A DNA stretch of 62,894 nucleotides, counting the filler, from Asterionella formosa (Eukaryota): NCBI GenBank assembly GCA_002256025.1. It is 15 parts of 15 records of this genome, joined end to end, with 100 filler letters (N's around TTAATTAATTAA, not from the genome) between each part and the next. Parts side by side here need not be neighbours in the genome. Positions count along the whole stretch, not along the records: positions 1 to 22,015 come from NKIB01002887.1; positions 22,116 to 44,130 come from NKIB01002890.1; 13 more parts are not named here. One strand, 5' to 3'. Position 1 is the stretch's first letter, and every line of letters begins with the position of its first letter. The notes beneath the pieces are model-generated. The model did not search any database, was not told the DNA's origin, and saw only the letters and a program-made list of their open reading frames with translations. The translations under genes and the position numbers were made by a program. This document shows positions 11,302-23,455 of this stretch, piece by piece.

Positions 11302-11931
11302 ATGAAGCCAATGCAAAGATTCTTACCCTTTGCAATATACATTCTGCAGTTTGTGTTGCCTGATGTGTCGGCCTTCACTACGACAAAGAATACGCGATCC
11401 TTTGCCTTAGGGCGACAAAACTATCAAGAGACTCAGCTATCCATGTGGAGTAACAATGACGACATTGAAGGAACCGACAAGATCAAGGCCTGCATTCCCT
11501 ATATTTTGCCTTTGATTGACGGAGACCACTTTGGGAACTACCTATATCAACGTATACCAGCCTTGGGCATGGCCGACTACGTATTGCTACAACCAATTAT
11601 TAATCTTGTTCAAGTCATTCCGTTTTCAACCTTGATTTTGTTTCTCGCCCTATCCCTGGGTACGCGCAGTGACCGATTTTCTCGTGGCGTCAGATTTAAT
11701 GCTCAGCAGGCGGTTCTAATTGATGTCGCCTTGATCGTTCCCGAATTGATTGGTGGCTCGATGGACGGCAGTGACATTCCACGATATATCATGGAACCGT
11801 GTGCGAATTTTACGTACTATTTCTATATGAGTTTGGTTGTGTACAGTATCGTGAGTAATTTGAGGGGCAGAAAACCAAATCAGATTCCTTTCTTTAGTGC
11901 AATGGCTGAAAGGGCTGTGGGGCCGTTTTGA
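11302..11931 (+). CDS. Tic20/Ycf60-family plastid inner-envelope protein
   Basis: ACIPYILPLIDG.HFG, VRFNAQQAVLID, several TM segments, signal peptide ending VSA-F. Confidence 0.85.
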   Translation: MKPMQRFLPFAIYILQFVLPDVSAFTTTKNTRSFALGRQNYQETQLSMWSNNDDIEGTDKIKACIPYILPLIDGDHFGNYLYQRIPALGMADYVLLQPIINLVQVIPFSTLILFLALSLGTRSDRFSRGVRFNAQQAVLIDVALIVPELIGGSMDGSDIPRYIMEPCANFTYYFYMSLVVYSIVSNLRGRKPNQIPFFSAMAERAVGPF

Positions 11932-12264
11932 ATGCATTGCACCGCGATGTTTGGAAACTTGCACAGATTTTACTTTTCGCTTAGACTATGATCATTTGAA
12001 TTCACTGTTGTGAGCAGGACCTCATAGCTATGATTTATTGACGGTGAACATGGCTTTCTGTCCCAATCCAAGCCGACAACATATAGTCTCACCATTCATG
12101 GCTATTACTTAGAAAACCTTGCCCAACAGGCGGACATAATACTCTAATACATATTTTTTGATCGCTTGTGTGCACCGAGAAAACAAACTGTATTATCTTA
12201 GTTGGGAGATCTTTTGCTGAGCCCTTTCGGCAGGTGATTTGCAGGATGGGCATCGTCGTCAACT

Positions 12265-12939
12265 TCAATTCTTTTTCTTACTTACTACTTCCTGGTGTAT
12301 GCGGAAGAATACCATGAATCTACGAGTGATAGGAAGGCCAACTAATGAAATGAGTACAAACCACTGGGATGCAATGGTTAGATTCAACTTCAATTTCGAT
12401 AAACCCAAAAAGGTGCAATAAACTGCTTCAACCAAGTGAACAACAACAGCAAACCAAAATGAACCAATGCCGACGAAAACAAATGTGTGTGTAGATCCAA
12501 AAACCTTTGTCAAAGTGCGACTCAGTCCTTGAAAATCTTCTTGTAGATATATCCCTACCTCTTGCTTTCCGATGTATGTGGCTACACCCAACGAGGTCAT
12601 CATCAGCAATACTGCAAAGGCAAGTGGATCAGACAGCAGCCAGAAAAAGTTAGGTGATAACACCTTGGAATGAATCTCAACTAATCTGCGCCTGGATTCC
12701 GTCGCTGATTTCAATGGTGGTTCGAAAGGATAAAATGCTGTCTTCATTTCACATACATCTCCTTTACAAATACTGTACGACAAGGTGCATTCGGTCAATG
12801 AAATTTTCGTCATTTTGGCATTCTTGATCATTCCCTTGGATTTGTCGAGCGCTGCGACCATGCCATGTATGGTTACGCCATGATCGTCATTCATGTGGAC
12901 GCAAATGCGTTTGCTTGTTTCAGCTGGTATTTCAGCCAT
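12265..12939 (-). CDS. DUF2470-domain membrane protein
   Basis: RICVHMNDDH, FEPPL...ESRRRLV; C-terminal TM helices with HLVEA.Y (TMEM254-like). Confidence 0.75.
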   Translation of the reverse strand: MAEIPAETSKRICVHMNDDHGVTIHGMVAALDKSKGMIKNAKMTKISLTECTLSYSICKGDVCEMKTAFYPFEPPLKSATESRRRLVEIHSKVLSPNFFWLLSDPLAFAVLLMMTSLGVATYIGKQEVGIYLQEDFQGLSRTLTKVFGSTHTFVFVGIGSFWFAVVVHLVEAVYCTFLGLSKLKLNLTIASQWFVLISLVGLPITRRFMVFFRIHQEVVSKKKN

Positions 12940-13483
12940 TATGCGGTTAAGCTAGCTCAAGGTGGAGAGTGTGACTAGGAAGGGACTACCATAGGGGCAG
13001 TGGCATAACAGAAGTGCAACATTGCAGCAAAGCCAGCATCATGGGCTAATTAGAGGAGTCGTAGCATTTGTGTGTACTACTCTCAGAATGTGTCTGTTAG
13101 GCTGTTAATGTTGACAAGTGTCCGAACGCTAGGTGTAGTCTGGTGAGGAGTGACTCAAATGATACCGGGGTAATAGAAATTGACAGTCTTTTTCATATAG
13201 CGGCCTTTGCCGCTTCGCCTAGGATTGCCTCTCTACTCAACCTTAGAATAAGGAAGATTTGGGGTCTAGCAGTACTAGGATAATGAGTCTTGGTGGTAAA
13301 GGCGAATTTACTATGAATTTCCGCCTGCATCATTGTGACTCGTTTCAGTAGCCTAGATGTCCGCCATTCGGGCCAGAGGCAAGAACAGGGTGGGGTCCCA
13401 TTAAGGGATGATTGGGATGAGTAGATCCTGGAGGGCATCAGCAGGGATGTCCTGTCCAGGGATCAAGGAGTAATTTCCACCTA

Positions 13484-13960
13484 TTAGCATCTGCCGGGCA
13501 AGGTCAGCCACGCATGACTGCTGGCTGGCTGGGCTTGGAGGTTGAGGTACCAAAGCATTTCATCGGAAATCCAGTGGCCTATAAATCTAATGCAATCTGT
13601 GTCAACATGTGCACAGAGCAGAGCCATGGCGTCGCCAGCAGCATGGAGGGAGCGGGCACTGAAATCCACTGCAGGGAGGAAACCAAGCGAGGGGCCAATG
13701 ATGGAGGCAGCCAGAGGCTTGCAGGGCTACAGTAATGTGGGAGGAGAGCACATACTAGGTCCACAATTTCTAAAGGTGGATGCTATTGTGTGGAGTTGTG
13801 AGAGTGGCCTGGTTGAGACATATGTGTGTAAACTGTTGCGCCACTGCAAGTACTGGGCATGCAAAAGCATGGCCATTTTATTGGTGACCAATGACCTCAC
13901 CGTGGACCCCATCTTTTGGTTGGTGAATGTGAGAGAGACCTTGACAGAGGCAAGGTGAAA
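13484..13960 (-). mobile_element. Decayed tyrosine-recombinase gene of a YR (DIRS/Crypton-type) element
   Basis: Frameshifted pieces VSLTFTNQK / DGVHGEVIGH / CPVLAV / SARSLHAAGDAMALL...IRFIGHWISDEMLWYL, resembling S-L-R-x-G...G-R-W-x-S...R-Y. Confidence 0.7.
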
Positions 13961-15239
13961 CCTCGTAAATAGTCTGAAAAACTCCTTGGAGAGACTGATT
14001 GTTTGGGTTTGATGTTTTGCCATTCAAAACTTCACCTAACTCCCTCTCTTTGTGAGTCTTAGTTAGTAAATGGAGAGCGACTGCATCATGGGAGAGGGCT
14101 TCTGGAAAATGGAAAAGGATGAAGATAATGCGCCGTGATTTTATTGCACCCAAGAAGAAACGAGGAACTAGCATGAGTAGAGCAATTTCCAGATGGCCAG
14201 ATTCGGGAGGTGCTGCTGGAGGTTCCTAGTGTTGCATCCAAAGAAAGTTATTTTCGATAACTTCTAGTAATGGGATCAAAAATGGATTGTGCATCCAACA
14301 ATCAACCAATCGACCTATCCATCAGCCGTACGAACTGACTAGAATGGGGGATGGTACATGGATGCTCTATAAAGATAGTGGCATTCCTGTCCATCATTCC
14401 AATAGCCTCTAATTGACCAGCAACTGTGTGTATCGGAGTATAATATTGCAAGTATAGCGGTACCAGGGTAGGCTGTTGCATCAGGAATGATAATTACTGT
14501 GACCATGCATGCTGTATATACATATAACGATACATATGTTCATAGTATTGGCAAGGCTATCAGGGGGTAGTGGTTGTGTCTGTCCATGCATGTACTTCAT
14601 AGGCATAAGGGACATTCAGAAAATCTATTCATATTCGCAAATTATAGTTGTTTACAGCAAATCCTAGCTAGTCATATAATGTCAGCAAGTTCAACATGTA
14701 GAAAGAGATGATTCCTATTTGTATTCTGAAGCTAGAAGACGGTTTGCTGAAAGAGTTCATCAGTCAGAATATCTGAGTCGTGTTCAAAGACTGATTCTGC
14801 AAATCGACATGGTCAATAAGAGTAACGTTTTCCTAAATTACTTAAGGAATATTATTTCCATCGAAAGCTGGCATATCTTTTCCAGCAGCAGGCATGAGAT
14901 GAATCATTTGGAGTGAGTCGAAACTGAAAAGGTGCTCATAAAATGTGCGCTACCAAGAAAAAACTGCATTGACACACTGACAATATCAAAAACACTTCTT
15001 GTTATAAAAAAGCATTCATTTTCCATTTCTTAAGCTCTAGAATGTATCTTAAGCATATACTGGATGGATTCATACTGTTAGTTTTCAGCCAACTTGTCAT
15101 TGATGTATCGTAAATGTAGGTCAAAAGTGGCGATCGAAAAAAGCGAAAAGCACGTATTATCCCAAGTCTGGAGTTCTCATCTTAGGCTGTGTAAGGGCGA
15201 TTGCAAGCAATAAACGATACACAGCTGGTCTTCATGTCG

Positions 15240-16001
15240 CTACAGGAAGGTACTTGTTGGGTCCTGAAGTGGTTGATGACCAGCTGAAAAGGAAGAGGCA
15301 TGTGGAAGAAGTGCAGAGTGAGCAAGAGAATAAGAAAATAGATGCACACACGGCGCTTGCAAACAAGGTTTATGCAATCAGAATGCTTCACAAACAGCCA
15401 GCAGAGTGGACAGTGGCACAAACGAAAACAATTGCAACGTGGTGCAAGCAAGCAGGCAATCTTCCATTATCAACAACAAAGAGAGATGCGTAGCAATGAT
15501 GCTAGTCCCAGTTGCAACTGTAATGACGCCAATTCCTTACCCTTTGGTTGTTCCTATTAGATGACAAGATATGCTGGGAGGACCACCAGTCTAAGAATGA
15601 TGCAACAAGGACTACTGCAAAAAAATGCGAGAAGTCTTTTATGGAACCGACAAGATAAAATGGGAATGCCAGCAGTATAAGAATGATGCAACTACTGCGA
15701 AAAGAATGCAAACAACATAATATTATCTAACTGTCACCTATAAAAATAACTACATGTATGGTAGAATTTTGATCAATGGCTTTGAGCCACTTCGACCAGT
15801 TTTGTCACTTTAAAAATGGATAGATCTCAGTTAATTCATGTTCAAGTAAACTGATCTAATTCTCATATAGCTTAATGAACTAACTACCAGTAATACTGTG
15901 CCAAAAGGCGAACAAAGAGGGGATTGATTTTAGCATAACTCTAGAATTACCAGTAGTTGGAAAACAATATAATTTCACGGCTCAAAGCCATTTATTACTG
16001 G
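15240..16001 (+). mobile_element. 3' remnant of a DNA transposon (pogo/DDE_1-like C-terminus) with right terminus
   Basis: Fragment PAEWTVAQTKTIATWCKQAGNLPLSTTK; 14-bp inverted repeat AATGGCTTTGAGCC (15776) / GGCTCAAAGCCATT (15979); ends ...TTACTGG followed by TA. Confidence 0.45.
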
Positions 16002-16320
16002 TACCAGGTACCGGACCTTCCAGGGTACTCCAGGCTCCATGGGGGTGCCTGGTGCTCCTGGTATATTCCACACCAGCAGGCAAACCAGTTTTTTTAGGTG
16101 TTTGCCATCCCGCCGGCGGGAAAGCAAAATAGATTGCCGTGTGTATACATCTACTTATGTATAAATATATGAGTATATATTATACGCATGTCATTAAAGG
16201 AATACATGACAGCAATCATTTGCTTGCGATTTGCTTGCATGCTCATTCTAAACTCGTTTCGATAGCGGAATACAGCTACCGGAATACGCCAAAAAGCCCA
16301 AGTGCGTTCTGGGGGTGCAA

Positions 16321-17159
16321 ATGAATCGGATGACACCTCAATTTGGAGACACGAAGGGATCTCAATTGGAAGGCGTGGCCTCCAAAAGCCCTGCAGATCC
16401 AGCCAACATCATGTGTCCAGCATTTCATTCCAACTCTTCAGACAGAAACGCTCAGCAGCTATGCGATAAAGTTATTGAATACGCGCCCAACATAGCTTGT
16501 CCATGTTCCGACAATGATAAGGGATCCAATGACAATCGAATGCCGTTCAACGAAACGCAGAAAGAAAACAATGTAACGACAGCAGCCTACGGGGACAAAG
16601 ATGTTGACGACCATAGCGACGATGACGAGTATGAAGGGGAATTCGAGAATGACTTGATGCCTGGCACTTTGAAAAATGGAGCGGATTATGAGCCAATCTC
16701 AGTGCTGGCTGAAGGATGGGTGCATGTCAAGGGAACTGGAAACGATTGGTTTGGGTCTAGGGGCTGGAAAGCCCGATACGTCAAGTTGGTGGTGAGTTTT
16801 GGTTCTCGAGTCTCATTCGTACGAATGCAATAGCGGTTATTGAATTTCTGATTTGATACTCACCACTATAAATTCTTTCGTTTCGATTAAAGCTTGCGGA
16901 AGTGGATGGTTACGACGTTGACGTGCCATTGTTGCTTATTTATTGGTACCCAACTTCGGATACTCCCTCCACTGCCATCTTATTGGACTCAACTTTAGTC
17001 GTCCCTATTGATAAGGAAGATCCAACCAAATGGAATTCTTATCAATTTAAAATCGTCCACTTGACCGACGAGCACCAATGCACACGAACTTTTACGGCAC
17101 CGCACAAAGGACGCAACACGTGGGTCTCAATTCTTAATGAAACTTTGGCTCAAAAATGA
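16321..17159 (+). CDS. PH-domain protein, tandem copy 1; intron 16792-16892
   Basis: EGWVHVKGTG.DW....WKARY.KL / RTFTAP...RN.W..ILN; GTGAGT donor at 16792 and AG at 16892 join the two ORFs in phase 0. Confidence 0.85.
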
Positions 17160-17905
17160 TATCCGTTCCTCTTGATATCAAAAATGATTTCCATTCCTCT
17201 GTAGTACGCAGTTTATAAAATTCCACCAATTCCAAAACTATCATAGTTAAGGAGTACATACGTTTAGCAATTCATCTATAACTCTCTCGAATTACGTGCT
17301 CAAGCAAGGAACCGCTCCTCACTGTAAAAAAATCAATCGATCCTTGCCTGAAATATTTTACATACTGAAGACTACCGGTAATTAACCTATAAAATACATT
17401 GTACAGGTAATCACAATGAGTTGGATTGCGAATAGATGTACAGCACTCTATATAAATATCAACAGCCAAGACTGAAAATTTCGATTGTTTGAGGATGATG
17501 TAAACAATATTTGTACAGCTGGATGCTATATACTGTATGCTGCAGTTATCAGGCGACCCTTACGTGTGCTGATATGTTGTCTATATACAGTTGTAATAAT
17601 TTATGTACCGGTATGCACATGGAGGCGAGGTCTCCCATCAATATATGCCGGTACATACATATGTTTATGTATATCAACATATGCGGGCATTACCGGGACC
17701 TGAAGTTGTACTACCAGGGTACCAGGTACTCCCTCACAAGGGTATAGTCAACATGTAGAAGCACAAGTTCTCGATTGATTCTTCTTTTGCATGGAATCGC
17801 CTTGCTGACATACCATTATCTTATCGAACAAACACAACAAATAACTCATCTCGACTCTGAACAATTCTGTATCTGCTGCACTTCGAATACAACTGATCAA
17901 ACGAA

Positions 17906-18937
17906 ATGACACCGGGTGAAGCTACAGGATTAGCAAAGCTAGCGGTGCAGTACCCTCCTTCTCCGCCGATTGACATGCGAGATGCATTTCTATCAAACAT
18001 GTCAGACAATCACGTCAATGTCTGCAACAACGTCATCGAATACGCGCCAGATGCCCCTTGCCCATGTTGCAACCGATCTCTGCGTCCCATTGATGATCGC
18101 ATGACATTGGATGAACCAAAGAGGTCGCCCAAGCTCTTCATTTCGCCCTATAATGAAAAGCCATCCTTGTTCTCGACTATGGCCGACCGCGACGACGACG
18201 ATGGGGAATTTGACAATGATTTGTTGCCTGGCACATTGAGCACTGGATTGGAATATACCCCGACTACAATGTTGGTGGAAGGTTGGGTGCACAAGAAGGG
18301 TACTGGAAATGATTGGTTGAGATCGACAAGCTGGAAAGCACGATATGCGAAGCTGGTGGTGAGTTATTCTTTCGTTTTCGTTCTTGGTCGATTTTCGACT
18401 GCACGATTTTCCAAGTTTTACCAACCTGATCCTTTGCTCACCGGTCATCTCGATGCGATTCGATCATAGCTTGCCAAAGTAGACGGATGCATTGCAGAGG
18501 TGCCTTTACTTCTAATTTATTGGTTCCAACTATCGGATACACCTTCCACTGTAATTTCATTAGATTCTACGGTGGTCATTCCCATTGACAAGCAAGACAA
18601 ATCGAAATGGAATTCATTTCAATGGAATGTCATACATGCCCGCGACGAACAGCAATGCACACGAACATTTACGGCACCTGAAAAAGGACGGAACGCATGG
18701 GTGTTAAAAATGAATGAAGCTTTGATGGCATATGAAAAGGCAAAGAGTCTTGAAAAGAAGCAACAAGATCATTTATTGATATTGAAACATCGGTCAATAT
18801 CTCTGGATTTTGCGTCTGAGGATCGCTTTGAAGTTCCCAATCGAACTTCATTTTCACCACCATCGTCACCGCGACCAGCAGAACGAAGACCGCTTCCTCG
18901 ACCAGAGAAGCTCAAGGGTGAAGGATTGTTGCCATAA
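17906..18937 (+). CDS. PH-domain protein, tandem copy 2; intron 18359-18469
   Basis: Paralogous to copy 1 with an intron at the same codon (KLV/LA); GTGAGT donor, GCTCAC branch-like site, TAG acceptor. Confidence 0.85.
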
Positions 18938-19405
18938 TCAAAATCATTTTGAGACACTGCATGCTAGCCTTTACCGGCATCAAGACTCGTTGAAATCAAT
19001 GATTTCCATACATTTCTTTAGAGTGGAGACAGCATCTTCTAGGACCTGGTGCCAAAATTCGTGATGCATGAGAGTTGCAATGAATCTTAGGGCAAGAGTT
19101 TATTCACCAGAATCCCAGTGTGGAAACTTGGGTGAATTTTTCTGGAATGAACATTTAACATACATACATATGAAAGCAGAGATTAATATTCTAAAAAACG
19201 CAGTTGGAATGAACCATTCTGATACAGGTGAGCACATGAACATAGGAGGCTGTTTTTGCTATAACTAAAAGTCAAAGAATTGAGTATATCGACAATATTT
19301 CTTACTTCTTCTGTGGTGAAGACTCGTGCAGCGTTCGTCAACGATTATCAGGCACTGTTGTTAAATTTGGGTGATCGGCAATATCTCAGTCTTTTATAGC
19401 GGACT

Positions 19406-20198
19406 TCATTCTTGCTCATCCCCGGTTAAAACTAAACTTCGTTGATCTTCACCTTCCCAATATTTATGGGGCATTCTCTTGCTCACCAAAATTCTCGCTC
19501 CAATCCAATTACTATACAACAGCATATTTTCTAATGACCGAATATACTTGCTGACCGTATTGTCTCGCGCATTGTCCGCTCCCTTGCATAACGGTAAACA
19601 ATGAACCGTCAGCATACCGTACAAATTCCCGAAGACGATATCCGTCAATAGCCGATCACCGACAATACAAATTTGCTGTGGTTCCTGCAGGGAAAAGTGC
19701 GCCAAAACTTCATTCAGCCCCCCTGGTTTCTTTTCATCGTGCCGAATCACCTTAATGCCCATATCGTGCTCAATTTTAATGGCTTCTGCGTAGCCTGGAT
19801 CATCAGCCGTCGTTCCGGCTGAATTTGACAAAATGGCGACTCGGTCTACTCCAAAGACCGAGACTGCGGCGGCTAGTCCTTTGGCAGCGTCTGGGTGTAT
19901 TTGGAGGCCGTAGGGAGCCGTAAGGGTGTTGTCTTTGTCAAAGACCACGGCTGTGATCCCACAGTGTTCCTTTAAGGCTGTGTAGTTCAGTTCTATGCAT
20001 GCGATTGATTACATGTGTTGTCAGAGGTACATACTACCAGCATGGCCAGCATGATACAAGCAGCAGCTTGTGGCATATAGAGAGCATGTGCTTACCGGAA
20101 ATCGTCGCAACGGAAACGTGAGGAGTCATGAGGTACGGTCGCCTCAGAACCGATGCCAGAGTGAAGATGGCTTTGGTATTGAATGATTGAACCATCAT
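19406..20198 (-). CDS. HAD IIIA phosphatidylglycerophosphatase-like (Gep4/YqeG family); intron 19993-20095
   Basis: FDKDNTL, LSNSAG, KKPG, VGDRLLTDI motifs; exon 1 MMVQSFNTKAIF...TPHVSVATIS joined by GTAAG...ATAG to ELNYTALK. Confidence 0.88.
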
Positions 20199-20359
20199 TA
20201 ATTGTTCGTCAACACCCGGAATGAGGAGTTCGTGCTCTTCACATCAGTAATAGACAGCTCTACAACACCGGTAGCATACCGTATAATCAGAGTATTTTAA
20301 TTTGGTTGAGGGGACACCGCAAGAAGCATGCTGTGATCATCTAGATAAACTACATGGTA

Positions 20360-20510
20360 GTCTACTGGTACCGCCTGGTCCTGGTATATCGGGTTTACCG
20401 GTTTTACTGGTTCTGGTACCAGGTACCGTACCTGGTTTTAGTCAATTCTATAGGATGGTATCTATCCTTATACCAGGTACCAGGTCCTCCTGGTACCTGG
20501 TACCCGGTGG
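20360..20510. repeat. GGTACC(W) array
   Basis: Repeated ggtaccaggtacc / ggtacctggtacc upstream of the phosphatase start (20198, minus strand). Confidence 0.8.
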
Positions 20511-22015
20511 AGGACAACCGGTTTCAATAATACCACGTTGTGATCAGCCGATGAAAGATTTCAATGACTAAAATTTTTACCACAAGCCTAGCATTCTGAT
20601 GATGACATTTTGGCAAATAGTGATTCTGATTCCGACTTTTTGGAGACTGCTGAAAAGGCTGATTTTGTCGAATTTTCAGAAAACAATAGCTCAATGTTGG
20701 CAGGGTTTGTAATTTGAATTTTCAACATTAGAATCACTTTGGTTTAGTATTAGTAGCTATGTACTAAGTCAACTAATTTATTTGACTAGGGTTTGCTGGC
20801 ATCATGAATCTAATTGACGATTATGATTGTTTCACTAAAATCAAATGCATAAATAGATTATCAAATGATCTGATCCTATACTAATTGACTACGTAGCAGC
20901 AGCACAGCCCTCAAATCCAATTCTTCTCCAGGTATTGGTGATTGTTTAATTGTGACTCTAGCCTATGCCATTTCTACCCACTGCAATGTGGTACCTTTGC
21001 ACCTTGGCATTATCCACATTAGCAACCATGTGCTTTTCCCAGTATCCCCCCATGTAATGCATCCTTTATGGGCTTATTCGCTGAAAAATACTTTCATTGC
21101 ACAAAAGTGTCCGAAACTGCACAATGAGTTAGTAAGGGGAATTCGTGTCTATTTAAGTGGTGCGAAATTTCTAGTAGTGGAAACAATAAGGAATTCAATG
21201 TTGTATGTCTACAGGAATGTCTGTATTTAACTTCAAAATGAACCACTCAAGATTCCACAGAGATATTAACAACGACAATTAATATGTACATGATTGTACA
21301 TACATAATTATACATTGAGATATTTTCTTGCATTTTGAGATATTGCGCCCTCTCCGAGATTTCTATCGCTCAAGTTTTCTCATATATTTATACAGAAGAT
21401 AGAAATAAATATCTAATAGAAGTTTTCAATTCACTGCGGACTCAACGATGTCTCGTTTTTGATCATATCCCCTAAATTGAGAAAACGACAACGAATACAA
21501 ATTCTAGCAGCAATTTCAATTTTTGTTGTCAATACTAGTGCAAAAGTTTTATTGAACGATTATTCCCACTATCTTAGGCGAGATACATGTACAAATGACA
21601 ATAGTTCAATGAGAAATTCATTCTAATAAGTTCACCATGGTCAATACAAGATGGTTAATCATTGATCTACCTACATAAGGAAGTACAAATCAAAAATACC
21701 TACTATGTATGTGAAACATATATAATATTATGGTATAATTATTAGTATAATTTGCACTGTGACCAGTAGTCCTACATATGCAAAGGTTTAGATGGTACAC
21801 AACATGACATACCAGTACCACATCTAAGCCGCGTATTACGTGAAGTGACCATCACATAAATAAGCCTAGTTGATTTTGAATGCATCACATGAATTAGTTG
21901 AATACATCAAAATACGTAGTTGAATATATCTATATATTATCTGAATACATCACGTTAAATATTTGATCAAAGTATCATGCATGCATTCCTGATCATCACT
22001 ATATTATGTGATCAC

Positions 22016-22115
22016 NNNNNNNNNNNNNNNNNNNNNNNNNNNNNNNNNNNNNNNNNNNNTTAATTAATTAANNNNNNNNNNNNNNNNNNNNNNNNNNNNN
22101 NNNNNNNNNNNNNNN
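22016..22115. other. Artificial contig linker (first of 14)
   Basis: N44-TTAATTAATTAA-N44 (stops in six frames). Others start at 44131, 45576, 47020, 48464, 49908, 51352, 52796, 54239, 55682, 57125, 58568, 60011, 61453. Confidence 0.99.
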
Positions 22116-22389
22116 CTTGCATTCTTGGCTTCCATGCCGATGTGTTGATTGGTTCTAATGACTTGAGTGCGCTTCCAATGTCGCTGCCATAATCAAACAC
22201 TTTCTTGATATGATTGATGAGGTACTCAGTAGTAGTCTCATAGTCAGATGCCTGCTTCGATGATCCGAGGTAGTAGTTATAGTCATTGACTGACTTCTTG
22301 ATGGAGTGAGAAGCAATATTGCTCCCTCCCTTGGCTTGAAACTTGCCCTTGGCTTGAGCCTTCTTGGTAAACTTTCCTTTGCCACTCAT
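22116..22389 (-). mobile_element. 5' end of gag of a diatom Ty1/copia element, cut by contig end
   Basis: DYNYYLGSSKQASDYETTTEYLINHIKK resembles diatom copia Gag N-termini; candidate LTR end ...GTCCTTACA near 22566. Confidence 0.6.
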
Positions 22390-23455
22390 GATGCGCCCTG
22401 TGCGACTTCTTCAGACTCTGGATGGTCTGGTACCCTCAGATCTTGTCTCCGGACTCTCAATTGTCCGCTTGTTGTTGATTGTGGTATCACGGCTCTTCCT
22501 GGCCGGCTAATTCTATTAAAACTGTTGAAATTGCGTCCCGAAGCACTCTATGCTTTCTTGTATCCTGTAAGGACACGTCAGGGACCAAATAGGCTGTAGA
22601 TATAACAACGATGCCTCCGTGATCGATTGTAATCGTTCCTAAGAGTTTTAATAGAATTATGGGTTTTTACTGTTGGCGTAGATTGTTTTCGAATTCTCTG
22701 GTACCATATTCTTTCTTGATTCATTCGATTCAATATGTAGTAGGTAATTTATACCGGGATTTTCTTTCCTAAAATATTTTCTCCAACAGGATATGCGGTG
22801 GCGATGGTTGGGTCCGCTCTGAGCAAGGTTTCTCGATTGAGGGAAACCAATGAATATCCGTAAATAAACGTAGTTTGTTATAATCAGTAAGACAGTAGAC
22901 ACAGGTGAATAAGTCTAATTCTAATTATATGATGGCAACAAGTATTTTGCCTTATCTAGAATAACCCAAGCCAGGCAAATGCTAGCCAATACAACGGCGA
23001 AAAACGAAGACCCATAAGCCTTCAGATATTCAGGAATGATGAGTACATACCTCGCACAAAAGGCCCATTACAGACAATAGTCCAATCGCCATCAGAACAC
23101 TCTGAAGGAGACCCACAGATGAACCTCAAATGTCCATCACGAACACCAAGAACGGAAATTGGTGGCAAGTTACAAATCGATTCAAATCATAACCCGGAAA
23201 CCCATCAGATATCTCACATCGATCAGTTTGTGTTTCTGTTTTTGCGATAGGTTTCACACAATAACATATTAGACTATTTTTTCTTTCAAGATTGTCTTGT
23301 GTGATATCTTAACTACGTTTATCTCTACTGATATTTGTTGGTTTCCCTCACGCTTCCCCTGCACAACCAGACTTTACGTCTCCAGACATACGTCAAACAT
23401 TTCCTGCCAGTCTCTATGACTATGAGGAAGATCTCCTGATCAAAACCTTGCAAAC

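Noticed and set aside
3429..12939. Functional cluster of plastid or lipid genes
   Set aside because: Unrelated functions and mixed orientation; ordinary gene-dense diatom DNA.
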